A DNA stretch of 32,000 bases. Origin: Pyrodictium delaneyi. Its GTDB lineage: Archaea; Thermoproteota; Thermoprotei_A; Sulfolobales; Pyrodictiaceae. A program made the translations under genes and the position numbers. The notes beneath the pieces were generated by a model that worked only from the letters and a program-made list of their open reading frames with translations, ran no database searches and was not told where the DNA came from. Positions within the stretch are counted from its first letter, which is position 1. Every line of letters begins with the position of its first letter. Below, piece by piece: positions 30,670 through 32,000 of the stretch. The stretch spans positions 510,001 to 542,000 of the forward strand of contig NZ_CP013011.1 of NCBI RefSeq assembly GCF_001412615.1. The letters are read 5' to 3'.

Positions 30670-31070
30670 GGACGTGTTGTGTTAACTCTTCAGAGCCGCT
30701 GTATCCCGGTAAAACCCGGTGTTACTGAGGCTTTTTCAATACCGTGTCTGGCTCGTCGGCCCCGATTAATGTATGCCTCATCAGGCCTGATTTAAGATTC
30801 TTGGCTAACATGTTCTGGGGTGTATCCTCACCATGCATGTGCCGTGGTAGCTGTGAGGTGGGGCTAGCATCTTCTATGCGGCACACTATACTGTGATGCG
30901 GTGGGCACACTAGGGGATTGCCTTGGAGCTGGTATCTACCCTCTGCAACTATTCTTCATTATAGATACTGGTGATATAGTTGGGTAGTTGACGGGGTAGG
31001 GCAAGAGTGTAGAAGTGATTGACCCTTGACGGTGAGCGTAAGAAGGTCGATGAGTGAAGAATGTGGGTGT

Positions 31071-31154
31071 GCCCCCGGCTGGAGGCTAGACCGCCCATCC
31101 CCCGCCGGGCTTTGCCCGGCGTCGCGGCTGCGCCGCCGCCGGGAAGCCGGGGGC
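31071..31154. ncRNA. GC-rich three-helix structured element, candidate structural RNA of unknown class
   Basis: Closing stem GCCCCCGGCT (31071-31080) with AGCCGGGGGC (31145-31154). Inner hairpins are CGCCGGGC-TTT-GCCCGGCG (31103-31121) and GCGGC-TGC-GCCGC (31124-31136). It is far more GC-rich than the adjacent AT-rich spacer and has no credible ORF. Strand undetermined. Confidence 0.3.
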
Positions 31155-31213
31155 CGTGTAGAAAGCGGGATAATGCAGGTTCCAGTGTATCTGGGTTTCC
31201 CCGGGGCCCGGAG

Positions 31214-32000
31214 CTAGGGGGCGGTGAGCCCCGCCTCCTCGGCCGCCGCCACCCTTAGCTTGCGTAGACACCCCTCGCGGAGCCTTGGCCCCGCCTCTCC
31301 CTCCTCTAGGCACTCCCTAGGTGTATCGTCTGGGCCTAGCACCTCCTCGAGCGCTTCGAGGACTCTAGAGGGTAGACCCTTCCTGTAGACGTCCTCACAG
31401 TCATAGAGGCTTCTAATTGTCCGGGCCGCTGCAGCCTCTACTGCTGCACCGGCTGCTAGGGCCCTCACAGCCTCAAGCTGGAATCCTAGGTGGTGCATCA
31501 TGATACCGCCAATCTTCTTCTTTGAGAGCTGCGTAGCCGCAATATACGCCTCTATTGCTCTGTGGAGCAACTTTGTGAGCTTCCCGGCAGGGTCGCCGGC
31601 TCCACAGGCACTGTAGGTTAGGGGTAGTAGCCAGCGACGGCGGGCGAAGAGGAGGCTGAGGAGTGTTAGGAGCTGCTCCCGCCCCGGTGCGGGGGCCCGG
31701 CCCTTGGGGGTCCGCGGCTCTAGCATCCGCTTGGGCAGTTTACCGGGGGCTAGCGATACAGTATAGCGGAGAGCTCCAATTGAATCCATCGACATGTATT
31801 CTATGAGTTCTACTGCGTCTCCGCGCTTCGCCGGGTAGGGCCGCTGCTCAGCAGCAACCGCCTCGAGCCCAGCGCCGATTAGTGCTGCTGCGGCTGCAGC
31901 CGCCTCGAGGGATAGAGCTTGTAGCGCGCTGTGTCCCTCCTCGTCTAGGAGGACGCGGATAACCGATGGGGGCCGGCGGCTCTGCTGGACCGTTTCCAGG
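31214..32000 (-). CDS. hypothetical Ala/Leu-rich protein (N-terminus outside the window)
   Basis: The ORF track gives 31214..31795. My translation shows the same minus-strand frame stays open from 31796 to the window end (…LETVQQSRRPPSVIRVLLDEEGHSALQALSLEAAAAAAALIGAGLEAVAAEQRPYPAKRGDAVELIEY-MSMDSIG…), so the gene is probably longer than 193 aa. No family recognised. Confidence 0.6.
   Translation of the reverse strand, partial: LETVQQSRRPPSVIRVLLDEEGHSALQALSLEAAAAAAALIGAGLEAVAAEQRPYPAKRGDAVELIEYMSMDSIGALRYTVSLAPGKLPKRMLEPRTPKGRAPAPGREQLLTLLSLLFARRRWLLPLTYSACGAGDPAGKLTKLLHRAIEAYIAATQLSKKKIGGIMMHHLGFQLEAVRALAAGAAVEAAAARTIRSLYDCEDVYRKGLPSRVLEALEEVLGPDDTPRECLEEGEAGPRLREGCLRKLRVAAAEEAGLTAP

Noticed and set aside
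30690-30784. Minus-strand UGAUGA (plus 30779-30784) as the C box of a C/D box sRNA
   Set aside because: The nearest downstream CUGA (plus 30690-30693) is about 90 nt away. That is too far for an archaeal C/D sRNA, and there are no C'/D' boxes or terminal stem.
30722-30910. 62-aa minus-strand ORF in the spacer upstream of the rRNA promoter
   Set aside because: It is short, has no start context or recognisable motif, and lies in a region better explained as regulatory spacer.
31040-31215. GC-rich element tested as 5S rRNA, SRP (7S) RNA, RNase P RNA, tRNA or a protein-coding remnant
   Set aside because: It lacks the 5S-type CCCGGAAGTTAAGC block, the SRP helix-8 GGAAGGGAGCA-type motif, the RNase P CR-I GGAAAGTCC and any T-loop. 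The overlapping ORFs (31026..31217, 31061..31258, 31086..31313) are low-complexity. The known-class identities are rejected, but the element itself is kept as a finding.

Overview
Archaeal chromosome segment, almost certainly from a hyperthermophilic crenarchaeon (Desulfurococcales/Pyrodictiaceae-like). Support: archaea-specific replication, transcription and translation genes, and a 16S-23S rRNA operon with very GC-rich rRNAs, no tRNA in the spacer and no linked 5S. Layout: (i) 1-19.3 kb is an almost unbroken minus-strand run of tightly packed, often overlapping core information-processing genes: aIF2alpha, S27e, L44e, Gins51-like, PriS, PCNA, TFS, RpoL, Csl4, a METTL5-like methyltransferase, Dph2, L10e, a DUF655-KsgA-Mtq2/HemK-TrmJ-Trm14 operon, RpoF, L21e, Pus10, TrmY-like, SRP54, a polytopic membrane protein and aIF5A. 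(ii) tRNA-Asp(GTC) at 19.36 kb. (iii) 19.8-25.3 kb is a visibly GC-richer block of accessory/metabolic genes: hemerythrin-like, a 220-aa stand-alone ligase-type nucleotidyltransferase, a TauE/SafE permease, a divergent AOR-family oxidoreductase, a CBS pair, MazG-like, and a signal-anchor/pilin-like protein. (iv) About 25.67-30.40 kb holds 23S and 16S rRNA on the minus strand with long processing stems. (v) Beyond that lie the rRNA leader and promoter, an AT-rich spacer, a GC-rich structured element of unknown identity, and a partial Ala-rich unknown gene. I see no CRISPR array, transposase, toxin-antitoxin pair or recognisable defence system. Most worth a second look: the minimal ligase-like enzyme; the unassigned GC-rich structured element upstream of the rRNA operon; the three-way leader/ITS/trailer complementarity in the rRNA operon; the composition boundary at tRNA-Asp with an antisense IntN-like ORF; and the very high density of RNA/translation-factor modification enzymes with several uncharacterised small partners. 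All family calls come from reading the translations by eye, with no database search.
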